Shown here one piece after another: positions 46,650-57,122 of a DNA stretch of 64,000 nucleotides. The notes under the pieces are model-generated. The model worked only from the letters and a program-made list of their open reading frames with translations, was not told the origin of the DNA and searched no databases. The DNA is from Promethearchaeati archaeon SRVP18_Atabeyarchaeia-1 (GTDB taxonomy: Archaea; Asgardarchaeota; Atabeyarchaeia; Atabeyarchaeales; Atabeyarchaeaceae). The stretch spans positions 416,001 to 480,000 of the forward strand of contig CP147779.1 in the NCBI GenBank assembly GCA_037308085.1. Direction: 5' to 3'. Numbering within the stretch: position 1 is the first letter of the stretch; each line of letters begins with the position of its first letter. A program made the position numbers and the translations under genes.

Positions 46650-47682
46650 ATTCCTTGAACTCCTCTCGTCTTCTGCTTAGCTTCTCCTTTGTCGCTGCCA
46701 CGATCAGTGGGAAGCCTATGGTGACATCTGTGATCACGTCAACCCATTCAGCTTCCGGTTTTACCTTCCCCCATGACTGGGCCTCTTGAAGTGAGGCCCC
46801 ACTCAGCCCTCCAGGCTCGGGTCTATCCATCGTGAGTTGAATAGCGTAGCTTAGCGCTCGGCCAGTCAACATCGCTGCCTGGAGGATGAAATTCTTTGGC
46901 ATACCTCCTCCGAGGAAAACACCTCCGACTTTCTTCGACTCAAAGTACAAATCCATTATCTTCTGCAGGTCTCTACGGAGATCTATTTTAAGTTCATTTT
47001 GCTGTGAGAACATCCAGATGTGAAGGCCCAGTATTGAATCGAATATGCCTGGGCAAAAAACCGTGACCCCCTTCTTCGCTGCAGTCTTCAGTATCGATTC
47101 TTCGTCGTCTAGCATCGTTCCGATCATGTGCAGTAGCTCGTAGGAACCTAATCCCTCTCTCCGCCTATCTTCGTCTATAGAAGAAAAGCAGTCTCGTATT
47201 CTGGTCTCGAACCCTTCAAAAGCCTCATCCCTCACGAAAGCATCGAAAATCCTGTTTATGCCAACCTCCCTGAGCGCAGCGTCCCCCACTGAGATTATGC
47301 CTTTCTCGTGTTTCCAGCCAAAGGCTTCAACTAACTCGTGGGTGATGTTGGCACCCGTCAAGACTACGATGTTAGCCATATCTTCATCCACTATGTCTCT
47401 TATGACTTTTCTCAGCCCGCCAGGAACAAGGGCGCCAGCGACGCCCATGAACTTCAGAACCTCCTTGTCTGAGATCATTCCCTCATAGATCTCCACTGCC
47501 CTGCTTATGCGCCCCGCACCGAATACTCCCGATCTGCCCATTTCATCGACAAGTTCTCCCACGCTCATGCCCGCACGGATCTTCATTTGCTCAACATACT
47601 TTCTCTCCAAGATTCCTGCACCACCAAACTGGCTGCAACTCGTCGGAGTTTGAAGCATTCCATCATACAACTGACCTAGCAT
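46642..47682 (-). CDS. Deoxyhypusine synthase (true start probably near 47610)
   Basis: GALVPGGLR, TGANITHE, LGGG.PKNF, GGLSGA...EA.SWGK. Confidence 0.92.
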   Translation of the reverse strand: MLGQLYDGMLQTPTSCSQFGGAGILERKYVEQMKIRAGMSVGELVDEMGRSGVFGAGRISRAVEIYEGMISDKEVLKFMGVAGALVPGGLRKVIRDIVDEDMANIVVLTGANITHELVEAFGWKHEKGIISVGDAALREVGINRIFDAFVRDEAFEGFETRIRDCFSSIDEDRRREGLGSYELLHMIGTMLDDEESILKTAAKKGVTVFCPGIFDSILGLHIWMFSQQNELKIDLRRDLQKIMDLYFESKKVGGVFLGGGMPKNFILQAAMLTGRALSYAIQLTMDRPEPGGLSGASLQEAQSWGKVKPEAEWVDVITDVTIGFPLIVAATKEKLSRRREEFKEFG

Positions 47683-47768
47683 TTGAAGTACATATTAATC
47701 TAGTTCCAGTTTTCTCTAACCCGGCAAAAAACCGAGCAATACGAAAAAGGAAGACAGTAGCGGGGGGA

Positions 47769-47981
47769 TGGTAGCGGGGGAGTCCTCCCGCGGGCGTAGA
47801 TCCCGCGGATGGAGTCCCACCGTGGGCGCTGGTCCCACGGATTTGAACCATCGATCTCAGGGTATCCCAGCGGAAAGTCATATGAGCCGTCCGCAGGAGC
47901 AATCTCCTACTGCGGGATTTCCTGAGTTGGCCAGCCTACTCCTTCGCCCTCTGTGAGTAGGGGTGTCTACCCTACCCCGCT
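47769..47981 (-). tRNA. Initiator tRNA-Met(CAU) with five BHB introns (47926-47966, 47889-47909, 47864-47880, 47814-47841, 47782-47809)
   Basis: Spliced 78 nt AGCGGGGTAGGGTAGTCAGGAAATCCCGCAGGGCTCATAACCCTGAGATCGATGGTTCAAATCCATCCCCCGCTACCA; A1-U72 and three consecutive G-C pairs in the anticodon stem. Confidence 0.88.
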
Positions 47982-48137
47982 TTGCCACAGATTGTGATCT
48001 GACAATTCAGATTGGTTACTCTTATATCTTTCTACGGATCGATACTGTGCCCCAGTGTTCTGAAAGATGTCTAGAAGAACCCGCTTCGACTGCGTCAGCC
48101 TCGCTCTCCCTCAGCGCCTACAGATGGAGTAGTTAAG

Positions 48138-48212
48138 TGGACCGGGTGGGATTTGAACCCACGACCTCCGGCTTGCAAAGCCGGCGCGACTTCCAGCCTG
48201 CGCTACCGGCCC
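48138..48212 (-). tRNA. tRNA-Ala(UGC), intronless
   Basis: Near-identical to the Ala(CGC) gene; anticodon TGC. Confidence 0.95.
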
Positions 48213-48248
48213 ACGGGGAGCGCCCTGCGGATCGTTCCAGCGATTGAG

Positions 48249-48422
48249 GGCCAGGAGCGGGAATCTCGATCCATTTTCATTCAAGTAAATGGAAATTCGA
48301 ACCCGCGTCGGGGGCTCTCTGTTGTGGGGATTCGACCACATCCACAGGCCCCTAGGCTAACCAGACTCTTGGGACCCCCTCCCAGCAGAGGAACCAGAGG
48401 AGAGAGCTATCCCATCCTGGCC
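48249..48422 (-). tRNA. tRNA-His(GUG) with encoded G-1 and three introns (D-arm ~48367-48407, 48317-48341, 48263-48295)
   Basis: Acceptor GCCAGGA/TCCTGGC, discriminator C, GGGGC-CT-GTG-GA-GCCCC after removing the canonical 37/38 intron; D-arm junction ambiguous. Confidence 0.82.
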
Positions 48423-48859
48423 ACTTTCTCTACCTTGTCAGGTATCAGGTTGACACAAAGTTTAGTGCTCTGTCTTCTTATAACCTCTTCGAAAAGCGCA
48501 AGGCATGAAGATTGTGTCGGAGATCCTTGTGATGCCCTTAGCCCTTGAATCCTTAGTGGGAGAGAGGGCGTGATAGAGTGGCCTACATGCACAGATATGC
48601 TGCAATCCTGATCATAGATTGAGACAAATAGATTGTAGCCAATAACTAGGTTGGAGGAAGTAAGCGGGTTGGAGTCAAGCGTGCATAGAACATTAAGATG
48701 TCCTGTTGCACGAGACTGCTGCTGAAGCGAATCGACCTCTCTGTCAACTCAACTATTCTTTGTTGAGTTGAAATAGGACTGCCCTTACTTATGGTTTAGT
48801 CAAGAAAGAAGCGAGCTTTTGAGAACAAAGAAGGGAAGAAATCGGGAGAGAGAAAAGAC

Positions 48860-49753
48860 TTGACAGAACGATGGTACAAGCAGTGGGAAAGATGCACGGT
48901 TCACCCAGATCTGAAGGTTAAATACTTCAGCAATGTCGACAATAGAGAGAAAGCGTATTGGCTCGGAGTTCTCTACTCTGACGGCTGCATCTCGAAGCAT
49001 CATACATCAATACAAATTCAGATTGAACTTAATCAGGGCGACGAATATGTCATTGATAGGTTCTGTGAATGCGTCGGACTCGATAAAACTAGGAAAAAAC
49101 ATCGAATCAGGGAAGCGGGGACAGAATCAGTCACAATCTGTTTCATTTGCAAGGAAATGGGCAAAGACCTTTTGAAACATGGATTAAAGTTCAAAAAATC
49201 AAGAACCATCGAGTACCCGAAATCACTAGGTACACGAGATCTGGAACTAGCGTTTTTACTAGGATATTACGACGGTGATGGAGCACACCATACGACAAGA
49301 ATCACGTCTGGAAGCATCAGATTTCTGAAGCAGGTTAGGAACAGGTTTAACTTGCCGTACAAGATTCGTAGAGAGGAAGGCGGTGGGGAGATCTGTGGGA
49401 GAAAGATAAGAGGGACAAGGTATCGCATGGTTCTAGGTGCAGAGCTATTCAATGAGATGATGAAGAATTATGCCGATAGTATGCCCAGAAAACGTTGGTT
49501 TCCCTGTGATTCAAAGGAAAGACTACGCAGATCCGCTGAAGCTTGCACCCCTGAAATGAATCGAAAAAGGAAATACCAGCAGGGTAGTTGGAGAGCTATC
49601 ACAGAGAATGAACTAGGAAAAATGGTTTGGGAAATGCCCTTGGCACACATTGCCACCAAGTACGATGTCCGTGCTCCCAATGTAGCGAAAAAGTGCCAGA
49701 GATTAGGTATCTCTAGACCAAGACGAGGCTACTGGGCAGGACGAAAATCCTAA
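48860..49753 (+). CDS. Free-standing LAGLIDADG-like endonuclease, paralogue of 30659-31582
   Basis: AYWLGVLYSDGCI, AFLLGYYDGDG; shared ELFNEMM, SMPRKRWFPCDSKE and MPLAHIA blocks. Confidence 0.85.
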   Translation: MTERWYKQWERCTVHPDLKVKYFSNVDNREKAYWLGVLYSDGCISKHHTSIQIQIELNQGDEYVIDRFCECVGLDKTRKKHRIREAGTESVTICFICKEMGKDLLKHGLKFKKSRTIEYPKSLGTRDLELAFLLGYYDGDGAHHTTRITSGSIRFLKQVRNRFNLPYKIRREEGGGEICGRKIRGTRYRMVLGAELFNEMMKNYADSMPRKRWFPCDSKERLRRSAEACTPEMNRKRKYQQGSWRAITENELGKMVWEMPLAHIATKYDVRAPNVAKKCQRLGISRPRRGYWAGRKS

Positions 49754-49936
49754 CAAGAGAGCAAAGCAGAATCAATGTACACCACTACTTTGAAGAGAAG
49801 AAAACAACGTGTCCCAAATCGCTCTTCTCTTTTAGTCCCTGAGAAACACAATGGAGTCTCTTTACAGATTTTAGTGCTTTTCTTATGAACTCTCTGACTT
49901 GACGGTATCAGCAGTCTTCTGCAGCCAGTTGTAGAA

Positions 49937-50237
49937 TCACTTGAATGCGGTTTGCAGGACCATTGTAGATGTGAACAAGGCGCGGTTGCCTCCTACATAG
50001 TATGCTATTCTGAGAGTTTCAATGATCTCTTCTTTTGTGGCTCCGAGTTTCATTGCTCTCTGGGCTAGAGATGTTGCGCCTTGTACCGATCCGTGCTCTG
50101 CATCGATGGTCAGCGTCATGAGCAACTTTTTTTTGGGGCAGCGCTCCTTCAGAGAGGGCCAACTTCTGCAAGTTCTCGTAGGACTCAATTACCTTGGGAT
50201 CATGCTTCTTGTAAATTTCCAAAGGATTTGCAGACAT
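49937..50237 (-). pseudogene. Carboxymuconolactone decarboxylase (CMD/AhpD) family, frameshifted in an A8 run
   Basis: N-part ...SEGALPQKK and C-part KLLMTLTIDA...GATKEEIIETL are in different frames meeting at T8 50127-50134. Confidence 0.7.
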
Positions 50238-50375
50238 GATATCACCGCGGAAGAAGATAGTAGATCACCGTATTTGACCATTTCAATTCTCCCTGAATCA
50301 ACGGGGGATGAGAAATCTCCGAGCAACTTCACTCTAAATCCAGTTTTCTCCGGCGAAGACCAAAGAACGAGGCTA

Positions 50376-50515
50376 TGGTGCGGGGGGAGGGCTTTCCGAC
50401 TCCCCTCATTTTGGGGAGGAGCTTCGAACCCTCGCAGGCCTACGCCGATAGGTCCTAAGCTTCGGTCACGTTTAAGGCGTGGCTACCTCCTTTGACCAGG
50501 CTCGGACACCCCCGC
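50376..50515 (-). tRNA. tRNA-Leu(UAG) with two BHB introns (50461-50482 at 30/31; 50393-50422 at 59/60)
   Basis: Spliced GCGGGGGTGTCCGAGCCTGGTCAAAGGAGGTAGGCTTAGGACCTATCGGCGTAGGCCTGCGAGGGTTCGAAGCCCTCCCCCCGCACCA. Confidence 0.9.
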
Positions 50516-50664
50516 GGCAAGATAATGAGTTATCGGCAGTTCCCTTTAAAAATATTCTCTTTTGTTTCTGGTCCGTTTATTCATTTTGGGCTTTCCTGCT
50601 CGACTTGGTAAAGCTTCAAATGCTAGTTCTAAGGAATAGTACAGTAACTGGAGAGTGAAAGTGT

Positions 50665-51150
50665 TTGCCTGGTAAAGACACAAAAGTAGACTTGAGTGTT
50701 AAGGGAAAAGAGTACCCGCCAGTTAAGTTCAAAGTCGAGAAAGCACACATTGCCGCGTTCGCCCAAGCGATCGACGATCCTAACAAACTGTACACGGACG
50801 ATAAGTACGCTGCAAAGACAAAGTACAAGGGAATAATCGCGCCGCCGACGTATCCTGTCTGTTTTGCAGGTCCGCTCGAGATCGGTAAGCAGCCTCCGCC
50901 CCTACTTGTGAAGATTGGTCTAGACGCCAAGATAAACCCAGGGCTAATGGTTCATGGAGAGCAGGAATTCGAGTACTTTGCTCCAGTGCACCCTGGAGAC
51001 GAGATAACTGCTGTGGCAAGAATCGCAGACGTTGAATACAAGCCCCGCAAAGATGGAAGCAAGCGCGGAGTTGTCACGATCGAGGTCACAGCAAAGAACC
51101 AGAAGGGCGAGAAAGTTGTCGTCTCGCGCATCGTTACAATAGAAAGATAG
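50665..51150 (+). CDS. MaoC-like dehydratase N-terminal-type subunit (HadA-like)
   Basis: FAQAIDD.N.LY, IAPPTY, VHGEQEFEY..PV.PGD. Confidence 0.85.
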   Translation: MPGKDTKVDLSVKGKEYPPVKFKVEKAHIAAFAQAIDDPNKLYTDDKYAAKTKYKGIIAPPTYPVCFAGPLEIGKQPPPLLVKIGLDAKINPGLMVHGEQEFEYFAPVHPGDEITAVARIADVEYKPRKDGSKRGVVTIEVTAKNQKGEKVVVSRIVTIER

Positions 51151-51173
51151 AACCAGAGAGAAGTGAGATAGCC

Positions 51174-51599
51174 ATGAGTAGTCAGGTAAGTTTTGACAAG
51201 CTTAAGGTCGGAGACAGTCTTCCGCCGCTTACCAAGGGGCCGCTAACGAGAGAGTGGATCAAGAAGTACGCGGATGCCTCAGGCGATCATAACCCGATCC
51301 ATATAGATGATAAATCCGCTACTGCCTTTGGTCTCCCTAGCGTCATAGCTCACGGCATGCTGAACATGGCATTTGTGGCGCAGCATGTCACGAACTGGGC
51401 TGGCCTTAGCGGCGACCTGAGGATGATAAAGGTTCGTTTTGGAGCGATAGTGAAACCTGGTGAGACGGTTACCTGCAAAGGCAAGGTAAAGGGCAAGAAG
51501 GTTGAGGCAGGCAGGAAGACGGTTAATTGTGAATTGTGGGCCGAGAACCAGAAGGGTGAACAGGTGATTACTGGAGAGGCTGAAGTGGTTTTCCCATAG
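51174..51599 (+). CDS. MaoC/HadB-like (R)-hydratase
   Basis: YADASGDHNPIH, IAHGML hydratase motif. Confidence 0.9.
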   Translation: MSSQVSFDKLKVGDSLPPLTKGPLTREWIKKYADASGDHNPIHIDDKSATAFGLPSVIAHGMLNMAFVAQHVTNWAGLSGDLRMIKVRFGAIVKPGETVTCKGKVKGKKVEAGRKTVNCELWAENQKGEQVITGEAEVVFP

Positions 51600-51671
51600 C
51601 ACGCAATCAAGACCGGTGATTGATCAGCGTTCCAAGGCCTAACTCCCCATTTTTTTGTTCTGCGCGCATTC

Positions 51672-52697
51672 TCAGAGCCACTGATCCAAACCCGTTGGTC
51701 TTGCCGACTTCCTTATTTCCTCTATTCTCTTCAAAGCCGCTTGAACGCGTTCAAGAGAGAATCCGTGCTCGTCCACTAGTAGCCGAATTACGCCATCCTT
51801 GTTCAGGTGCCCAGGTTCCATCTGGTACTCATCCGTTGTACTGGGATGGCGGAAAAGCTCTCGTACCTCGGTGTACGGTATTTCCGTTGATGCGCCTTTT
51901 TCCTTGATCGCCAGTTCAGCAGTTCCATATTCCTTTATTAGTTTTAGAGCCGTCTTGGGTCCTATGCCCTTTATTCCCGGGTTGTAGTCTGTCCCAAGAA
52001 TCAGCGCTATTTCAATGAGCTGCTCTCTGGTGACGCCAATACTCTTCATTGACTCTGCAGCGTCAACAATTTCGGGTTCGATCTTCAGATAGATATTCTT
52101 GCCGGGTAACTTTCTTCTCCCACTTATCACGATGTTGCGGATCAATCTTGGAGATCCGAAGAGAATGGAGTCGTAGTCTTGGCTTCCAGTGCCCCATGCA
52201 ACTCCCTTCTCTGTCATGTGAGCAGCTTGGGCTTCGCCTTCAGAGGGAGCTTGGATCCATGGTATTCCCATGCTGTCCAAGAGATCTTTGCTCTCTTGGA
52301 TCATGTCGCCACTTATCGCTAGGGCAAACTGCGCGTATTTTCGCGCGGAAACAACATCCCCAGCGGATAGGGCTTCTTCCCACTTCTCCTTTGCTTCTTT
52401 TCTCTGCTCTCGGCGCTCCTGGACAGTATCTTTCTTCAGCTCAGGAGGCTCTCCGTCAAAAACGAATATCGGTTTAATATTGAATTCTAGCAGATTTACA
52501 GAACGGTAGAATAGCCCACTCAGATGTGACGTGGTTCTCATCCTGCTGTCCATCAAAGGTGTTCCATCGGGTTGCCGAATTACGCTCAGGAACGCGTAAA
52601 GATAGTTCAGCGCATCTATTGTTAAAGTCCTCCCGCTTATCTCCTCCATGGCAATGGGTTTCTTCACCATTAGGTCCCCTAATTTCTGGACTCCCAA
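51672..52697 (-). CDS. fen: Flap endonuclease 1
   Basis: IRQPDGTPL, TSHLSGLFYR, APSEGEAQ, SQDYD, GTDYN.GI.GIGPK. Confidence 0.96.
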   Translation of the reverse strand: MGVQKLGDLMVKKPIAMEEISGRTLTIDALNYLYAFLSVIRQPDGTPLMDSRMRTTSHLSGLFYRSVNLLEFNIKPIFVFDGEPPELKKDTVQERREQRKEAKEKWEEALSAGDVVSARKYAQFALAISGDMIQESKDLLDSMGIPWIQAPSEGEAQAAHMTEKGVAWGTGSQDYDSILFGSPRLIRNIVISGRRKLPGKNIYLKIEPEIVDAAESMKSIGVTREQLIEIALILGTDYNPGIKGIGPKTALKLIKEYGTAELAIKEKGASTEIPYTEVRELFRHPSTTDEYQMEPGHLNKDGVIRLLVDEHGFSLERVQAALKRIEEIRKSARPTGLDQWL

Positions 52698-52769
52698 TCA
52701 GCTTTCACCCCTGATTTCTTGATCAGAGAAAGACGGGTTCTCCAGTCTTGAGGTGACGTGTATGATGCT

Positions 52770-53048
52770 CTAGTCTTCACTTACAGGGAGGAACTCTGCA
52801 CCTGGCTTAATCGCTTCAATTCTCCTCTTTGTCCTTGTAATCCTCGATACGTGGATTATTCCGCTTATCTCCAGATCCATCAATGCCTTATTCAACCCTG
52901 ATTGAGATATCTCCCCGTATTCCTTCTCTAAGATGGGCACGAGTTCATTGTCTAGTATGACGCCTTGATGTTTCGCCAGAACGGACATAATCACGTTTCT
53001 CAGCGGAACTGCGTTCCACACCCTTTGTTCCAAGAATACCATCTCCAC
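52770..53048 (-). CDS. Small winged-helix-like protein adjacent to cdc48
   Basis: LNKALMDLEISGIIHV helix-wing pattern. Confidence 0.6.
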   Translation of the reverse strand: MEMVFLEQRVWNAVPLRNVIMSVLAKHQGVILDNELVPILEKEYGEISQSGLNKALMDLEISGIIHVSRITRTKRRIEAIKPGAEFLPVSED

Positions 53049-53070
53049 TTTAATCTGATTTCAGCGAGTG

Positions 53071-55254
53071 CTATACGACTGGTTCAGGCTGACCCAACCA
53101 TTGTCTCCTCATGTAGTCAACAAACGTTTCGTATCTTCTCACCACTTCAGGAGAGACCGTTGGATGTACTTTCTTAGTGGCCTGCTCCAAGTGAGTAGAG
53201 CTCACCTTCTCGGCTTTCTCTCTAATGGCCAAGACCGCGGCCTCTCTACATAGGCTTTCCAAGTCGGCCCCAGTGTAACCATCGGTCTCAAACACGACTT
53301 TCTTCAAGTCGACGTTCCCTTCAAGCGGCATATTTCGAGTATAGACAGACAGTATCTGAAGCCGCTCATTACCGTTCGGAGGCGGAACGTAGATCATCCG
53401 GTCTATCCTCCCAGCTCTAAGCAAAGCTGGATCTAGGATGTCGGGTCGGTTTGTGGCGCAGACTAGTGAAACGTTCTCCATTGTCGCCAGTTCATCCATT
53501 TCAGTTAGGAGCTGGCTCATGACTCTCTCAGGTACATTCGGGTCGCTGGTTGCGTGCTCTCTTCTCCTGGCTATGGCATCGAGTTCATCTATGAAGATCA
53601 CGGTTGGAGCAGAGGATCTAGCTTTTCTGAATACCTCGCGAATTGCTTTCTCCGATTCCCCGACCCACTTGCTCATGACTTCTGGGCCTCTGATGCTAAT
53701 GAAGTTGACTCCGCTTCTTGCTACTACTGCTCTCACCAATGAAGTCTTGCCACAACCGGGGGGACCGAAGAGAAGGGCACTTCTAAGGGGTTTGACACCC
53801 ATCCTCTTGAAATCACCGGCCCTCTTGAGCGACCATTCAACGACTTCAAGTAGCTCCTGTTTTACAGCGTCGAGACCACCCACGTCGTTGAGATCGAGTG
53901 AAGGTACTTCAACCAGAATTTCCCTCAAAGCCGAAGGGTGAGTGTCCTTGAGGGCTTCGTCAAAATCCCTCATCTCGATCTTTAGGTTATCCATGACCTC
54001 GCTTGGCACTCTCTCCTCTTCGAAAATTAATGAGGGAACATGACGACGAAGCGAACGCATTGCGGCTTCCCGGCAGAGTGCAGCCAAGTCCGCGCCAACA
54101 AAGCCGTAGGTTTTTTGGCTTATCTTCTCCACATCAACATCGTCGGCTAGTGGCATCCATCTGGTATGGATTTGCAGTATCTCCGTCCTCTCTTCTGAAG
54201 TGGGCACGGGCAATTCTATTTCTCGATCAAACCGCCCCGGTCTCCGCATCGCTAGATCTATGGAGTTCGCCCTATTTGTGGCCCCGATTACGACGACCCT
54301 ACCTTTGCGTTGAAGTCCATCCATCAGTGATAGGAGTTGCGCGACTATACGTCTCTCAACCTCTCCGATTGTATCTTCTCTCTTTGGGGCAATGGCATCA
54401 ATCTCATCGATGAATATTATTGCAGGAGAGTTCTCCTCAGCATCCTTGAAGACGTCCCGGAGATGCTTTTCAGACTCTCCATAGAACTTGCTTATGATTT
54501 CTGGCCCATTAATTGCGGTGAAATGCGCATCTGACTCGTTTGCCACAGCCCTCGCCAATAATGTCTTGCCACAACCGGGGGCTCCGTAGAGCAGAACGCC
54601 ACGAGGGGGTTCAATTCCAAGTTTGTCAAACAACTCGGGGTACTTTAGAGGAAGTTCAACGATCTCACGCAACCTGAAGATAGTCTCACTCAATCCGCCA
54701 ATATCCTCGTAGGTTACGTAGGGAACATGCGCATCGCGACGTGGGAGGCGAGGCTTTTCACTTATGCGGAGCGACGTCTGCGGTTTTATGACCACGACGC
54801 CTCCGGGTCTCGTCTTCGAAACGGCAAACGAAAAGCCTTTAGTTATCATGGTGACTGAAATAACGTCGCCCTGCAGAATCGGATAGTTAATCAACCTGTT
54901 CTTCACGAATGCCTCAAAACTGGGGTCGATTGATAGCCTCTTTGATAACGGCGTGAGAACAACCGACAGCGCCGCTTTCTCAGATACTTTCTTAATGGTG
55001 ACCTTGTCTCCCAGGCTTACGGCGGCGTTTCTTCGAAGGTAGCCATCCATCCTGATTACTCCTGGGTCGTCATCCTCAGGACGTGCTGCCCAAGCGACGG
55101 CGACTGTTACCCGTTTTCCTCTGATTTCTATTATGTCACCTGTCTTTATACCTAGCTTCTCAAGCACGCTACCACTAAGCCTAACCTTGAACCTCCCCAC
55201 ATCCTCCCGATGGGCTTCCTCTACATTTAGCTGTAAGTCAGACTGACCCGTCAA
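53071..55254 (-). CDS. cdc48: CDC48/VCP family AAA ATPase
   Basis: N-domain plus two AAA modules ([16 protein letters not shown]; IDEID, IDELD; RPGRFDR). Confidence 0.95.
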   Translation of the reverse strand: MTGQSDLQLNVEEAHREDVGRFKVRLSGSVLEKLGIKTGDIIEIRGKRVTVAVAWAARPEDDDPGVIRMDGYLRRNAAVSLGDKVTIKKVSEKAALSVVLTPLSKRLSIDPSFEAFVKNRLINYPILQGDVISVTMITKGFSFAVSKTRPGGVVVIKPQTSLRISEKPRLPRRDAHVPYVTYEDIGGLSETIFRLREIVELPLKYPELFDKLGIEPPRGVLLYGAPGCGKTLLARAVANESDAHFTAINGPEIISKFYGESEKHLRDVFKDAEENSPAIIFIDEIDAIAPKREDTIGEVERRIVAQLLSLMDGLQRKGRVVVIGATNRANSIDLAMRRPGRFDREIELPVPTSEERTEILQIHTRWMPLADDVDVEKISQKTYGFVGADLAALCREAAMRSLRRHVPSLIFEEERVPSEVMDNLKIEMRDFDEALKDTHPSALREILVEVPSLDLNDVGGLDAVKQELLEVVEWSLKRAGDFKRMGVKPLRSALLFGPPGCGKTSLVRAVVARSGVNFISIRGPEVMSKWVGESEKAIREVFRKARSSAPTVIFIDELDAIARRREHATSDPNVPERVMSQLLTEMDELATMENVSLVCATNRPDILDPALLRAGRIDRMIYVPPPNGNERLQILSVYTRNMPLEGNVDLKKVVFETDGYTGADLESLCREAAVLAIREKAEKVSSTHLEQATKKVHPTVSPEVVRRYETFVDYMRRQWLGQPEPVV

Positions 55255-55466
55255 GGTCTTACCTCCGTCCCTCCAATATTAGCAAGCTACACTGATCCCG
55301 GATTGTTGCACGCTTTGCTCGACACTTTGGCGCAGGTGGAGCTGGCACTAACTATGTGGTTCAACTCGATTGCTCTGTTAGCAGACTATCTCAAATTGCA
55401 ACTAGACCGATCAGTTTTTGGATGAGAGGCAGATACCTTATCAACCTGCCCCAAAAGTGGTCGAAG

Positions 55467-55733
55467 TTACAACCTGCTGCAGAACTCAATTTGGACGTCG
55501 CTAACCCCTTTGACGTTTCTTATGGCCTCTTCGACGGAGTCTGTTCCTCCAGTTTCATCAGGTAGCATTAGGCTGAGTTTCAAAGCCTTTATTCCGAATG
55601 CGACTTCCTCGATTTCAGCTTTCTTGATGCTTACCTTGGGGGGAAGCTTTTTTGATATTGCACTCTGCAGCTTCTGGATATTTGTCTCAGCACTTTCAGG
55701 CATCACCTTGATTATTGCAAGTACGTTTGCCAT
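55467..55733 (-). CDS. ef1b: Elongation factor 1-beta
   Basis: KVMPES, EEVAFGIKAL, GGTD.VEE. Confidence 0.93.
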   Translation of the reverse strand: MANVLAIIKVMPESAETNIQKLQSAISKKLPPKVSIKKAEIEEVAFGIKALKLSLMLPDETGGTDSVEEAIRNVKGVSDVQIEFCSRL

Positions 55734-55875
55734 CTTAGTTCACACAACCAAATCGCTATACTCGTCTTGAACAGATTTCTACAAGGGACAAAACATGAAG
55801 TGTGAGAGCTAAAAATGTTCCTACCAGCGCTTATTGCTCCATGATTGTGATATTCTGGGGTTCCAAGAGACTCGC

Positions 55876-56052
55876 CTACGGTCCAGTGAAGCCACATTTC
55901 GCGCAGCGATACGTGTTCCCGAATTTTCTACACTTACCGCAACGCCATATTACGACCTCGCCGCAGCTTGGACAAGCGAAACGAACGGCTTGGTCTCCTG
56001 GCTGAATGAAACGACCGCAACTAGTGCAGGCAGGCATCTGTATCCTTGACAT
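55876..56052 (-). CDS. DUF1610/HVO_2753-like Zn-finger protein (58 aa, not in ORF track)
   Basis: Hand translation MSRIQMPACTSCGRFIQPGDQAVRFACPSCGEVVIWRCGKCRKFGNTYRCAKCGFTGP; usual neighbour of ef1b. Confidence 0.9.
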   Translation of the reverse strand: MSRIQMPACTSCGRFIQPGDQAVRFACPSCGEVVIWRCGKCRKFGNTYRCAKCGFTGP

Positions 56053-56129
56053 TCTGGGATTTCACCTTTTGACTTAAACATCAGGTACTTTGCGAAGAGT
56101 AGTGCACAACCATATTTAAATCTAAGGTT

Positions 56130-57101
56130 ATGAGCTCAGAAATCTCGGTGATGGCAGTGTCTTTGAGGGAGAAGTCCAGGCTGATTGAAGGGATAACCCT
56201 ACGGGATATTGGAAGGAGGGGAGTCGATCGCCTTTACCGGGCGGTCTCTGACCTAGCAGCTGGCACTCCAACCCTCAGCGCCGCCGATTCACTATACAGA
56301 GCCACCAAGCGTGGTGGTAACGTCATAGTCACTTCAGGTTTCACGATATTGACCTCAGATAGATGCGAGACTGACGGCCCCTTGGGATCCATTGTCTTGG
56401 GGAAGCTCATCGGAAAGATGGGTGCCCATTTGATTCTCCTGACTGATCCCGATTACCTGGATCTGTTCGAAGCCATATGCATATCAGCGGGCTTGACTTC
56501 CTTTCAGTGCCTTGGCTTCCCTATTGAGCATGATCAGGCAAAAGTGGAGACGACGAAGATATTTGATGAGTTCTCTCCTGTTGCCATTATCGCCATTGAG
56601 AGGCCAGGCTGGAACAGGAAGTTCGTCTACCACAACATGCTAGGTCAAGACATCTCTTCGAAGACAGCCAAGGTTGATTACATCTTCAACCATGCACAAT
56701 TGAGCAGAACTCTCACAATTGGCATAGGCGATGGCGGCAATGAAATAGGAATGGGGAATATTGCAGGCACCATAAATGAACATGTTCCATTCGGTTCAGT
56801 GTGCCGTTGCCCTTGCAGAGGGGGAATCGCGAGTATCACGAAAGTAGATCACTTGATAGTTTCCTCAGTGTCAAACTGGGGGGGTTACGGGCTGGCAGCG
56901 ATATTGGCGCGACTCGCGAATGTGCCATTCGAGCACACACCTAACGATGAACGCAGACTGATCAAGGCCGCTGTTAAAGCAGGGGCAGTTGATGGCGTAA
57001 CCGGAAAATCGATTCCTGCCGTCGACGGTGTGGACATGGACGGAAATGCCGAAGTCGTGAGGAGAATCCTCATGGTCATGTATGGTCATGGCTCGTGGTA
57101 G
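56130..57101 (+). CDS. DUF4392 / D-glutamate cyclase-like protein
   Basis: ETDGPLG, IERPG, YHNM.G, GIGDGGNEIGMG, SVSNWGGY. Confidence 0.85.
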   Translation: MSSEISVMAVSLREKSRLIEGITLRDIGRRGVDRLYRAVSDLAAGTPTLSAADSLYRATKRGGNVIVTSGFTILTSDRCETDGPLGSIVLGKLIGKMGAHLILLTDPDYLDLFEAICISAGLTSFQCLGFPIEHDQAKVETTKIFDEFSPVAIIAIERPGWNRKFVYHNMLGQDISSKTAKVDYIFNHAQLSRTLTIGIGDGGNEIGMGNIAGTINEHVPFGSVCRCPCRGGIASITKVDHLIVSSVSNWGGYGLAAILARLANVPFEHTPNDERRLIKAAVKAGAVDGVTGKSIPAVDGVDMDGNAEVVRRILMVMYGHGSW

Positions 57102-57122
57102 AAAGAGGTAGCACGGCCCCAT

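Noticed and set aside
47663-48548. ORFs here, and a 5S rRNA interpretation of the GC-rich hairpins
   Set aside because: Explained by intron-containing tRNAiMet, tRNA-Ala and tRNA-His on the minus strand.
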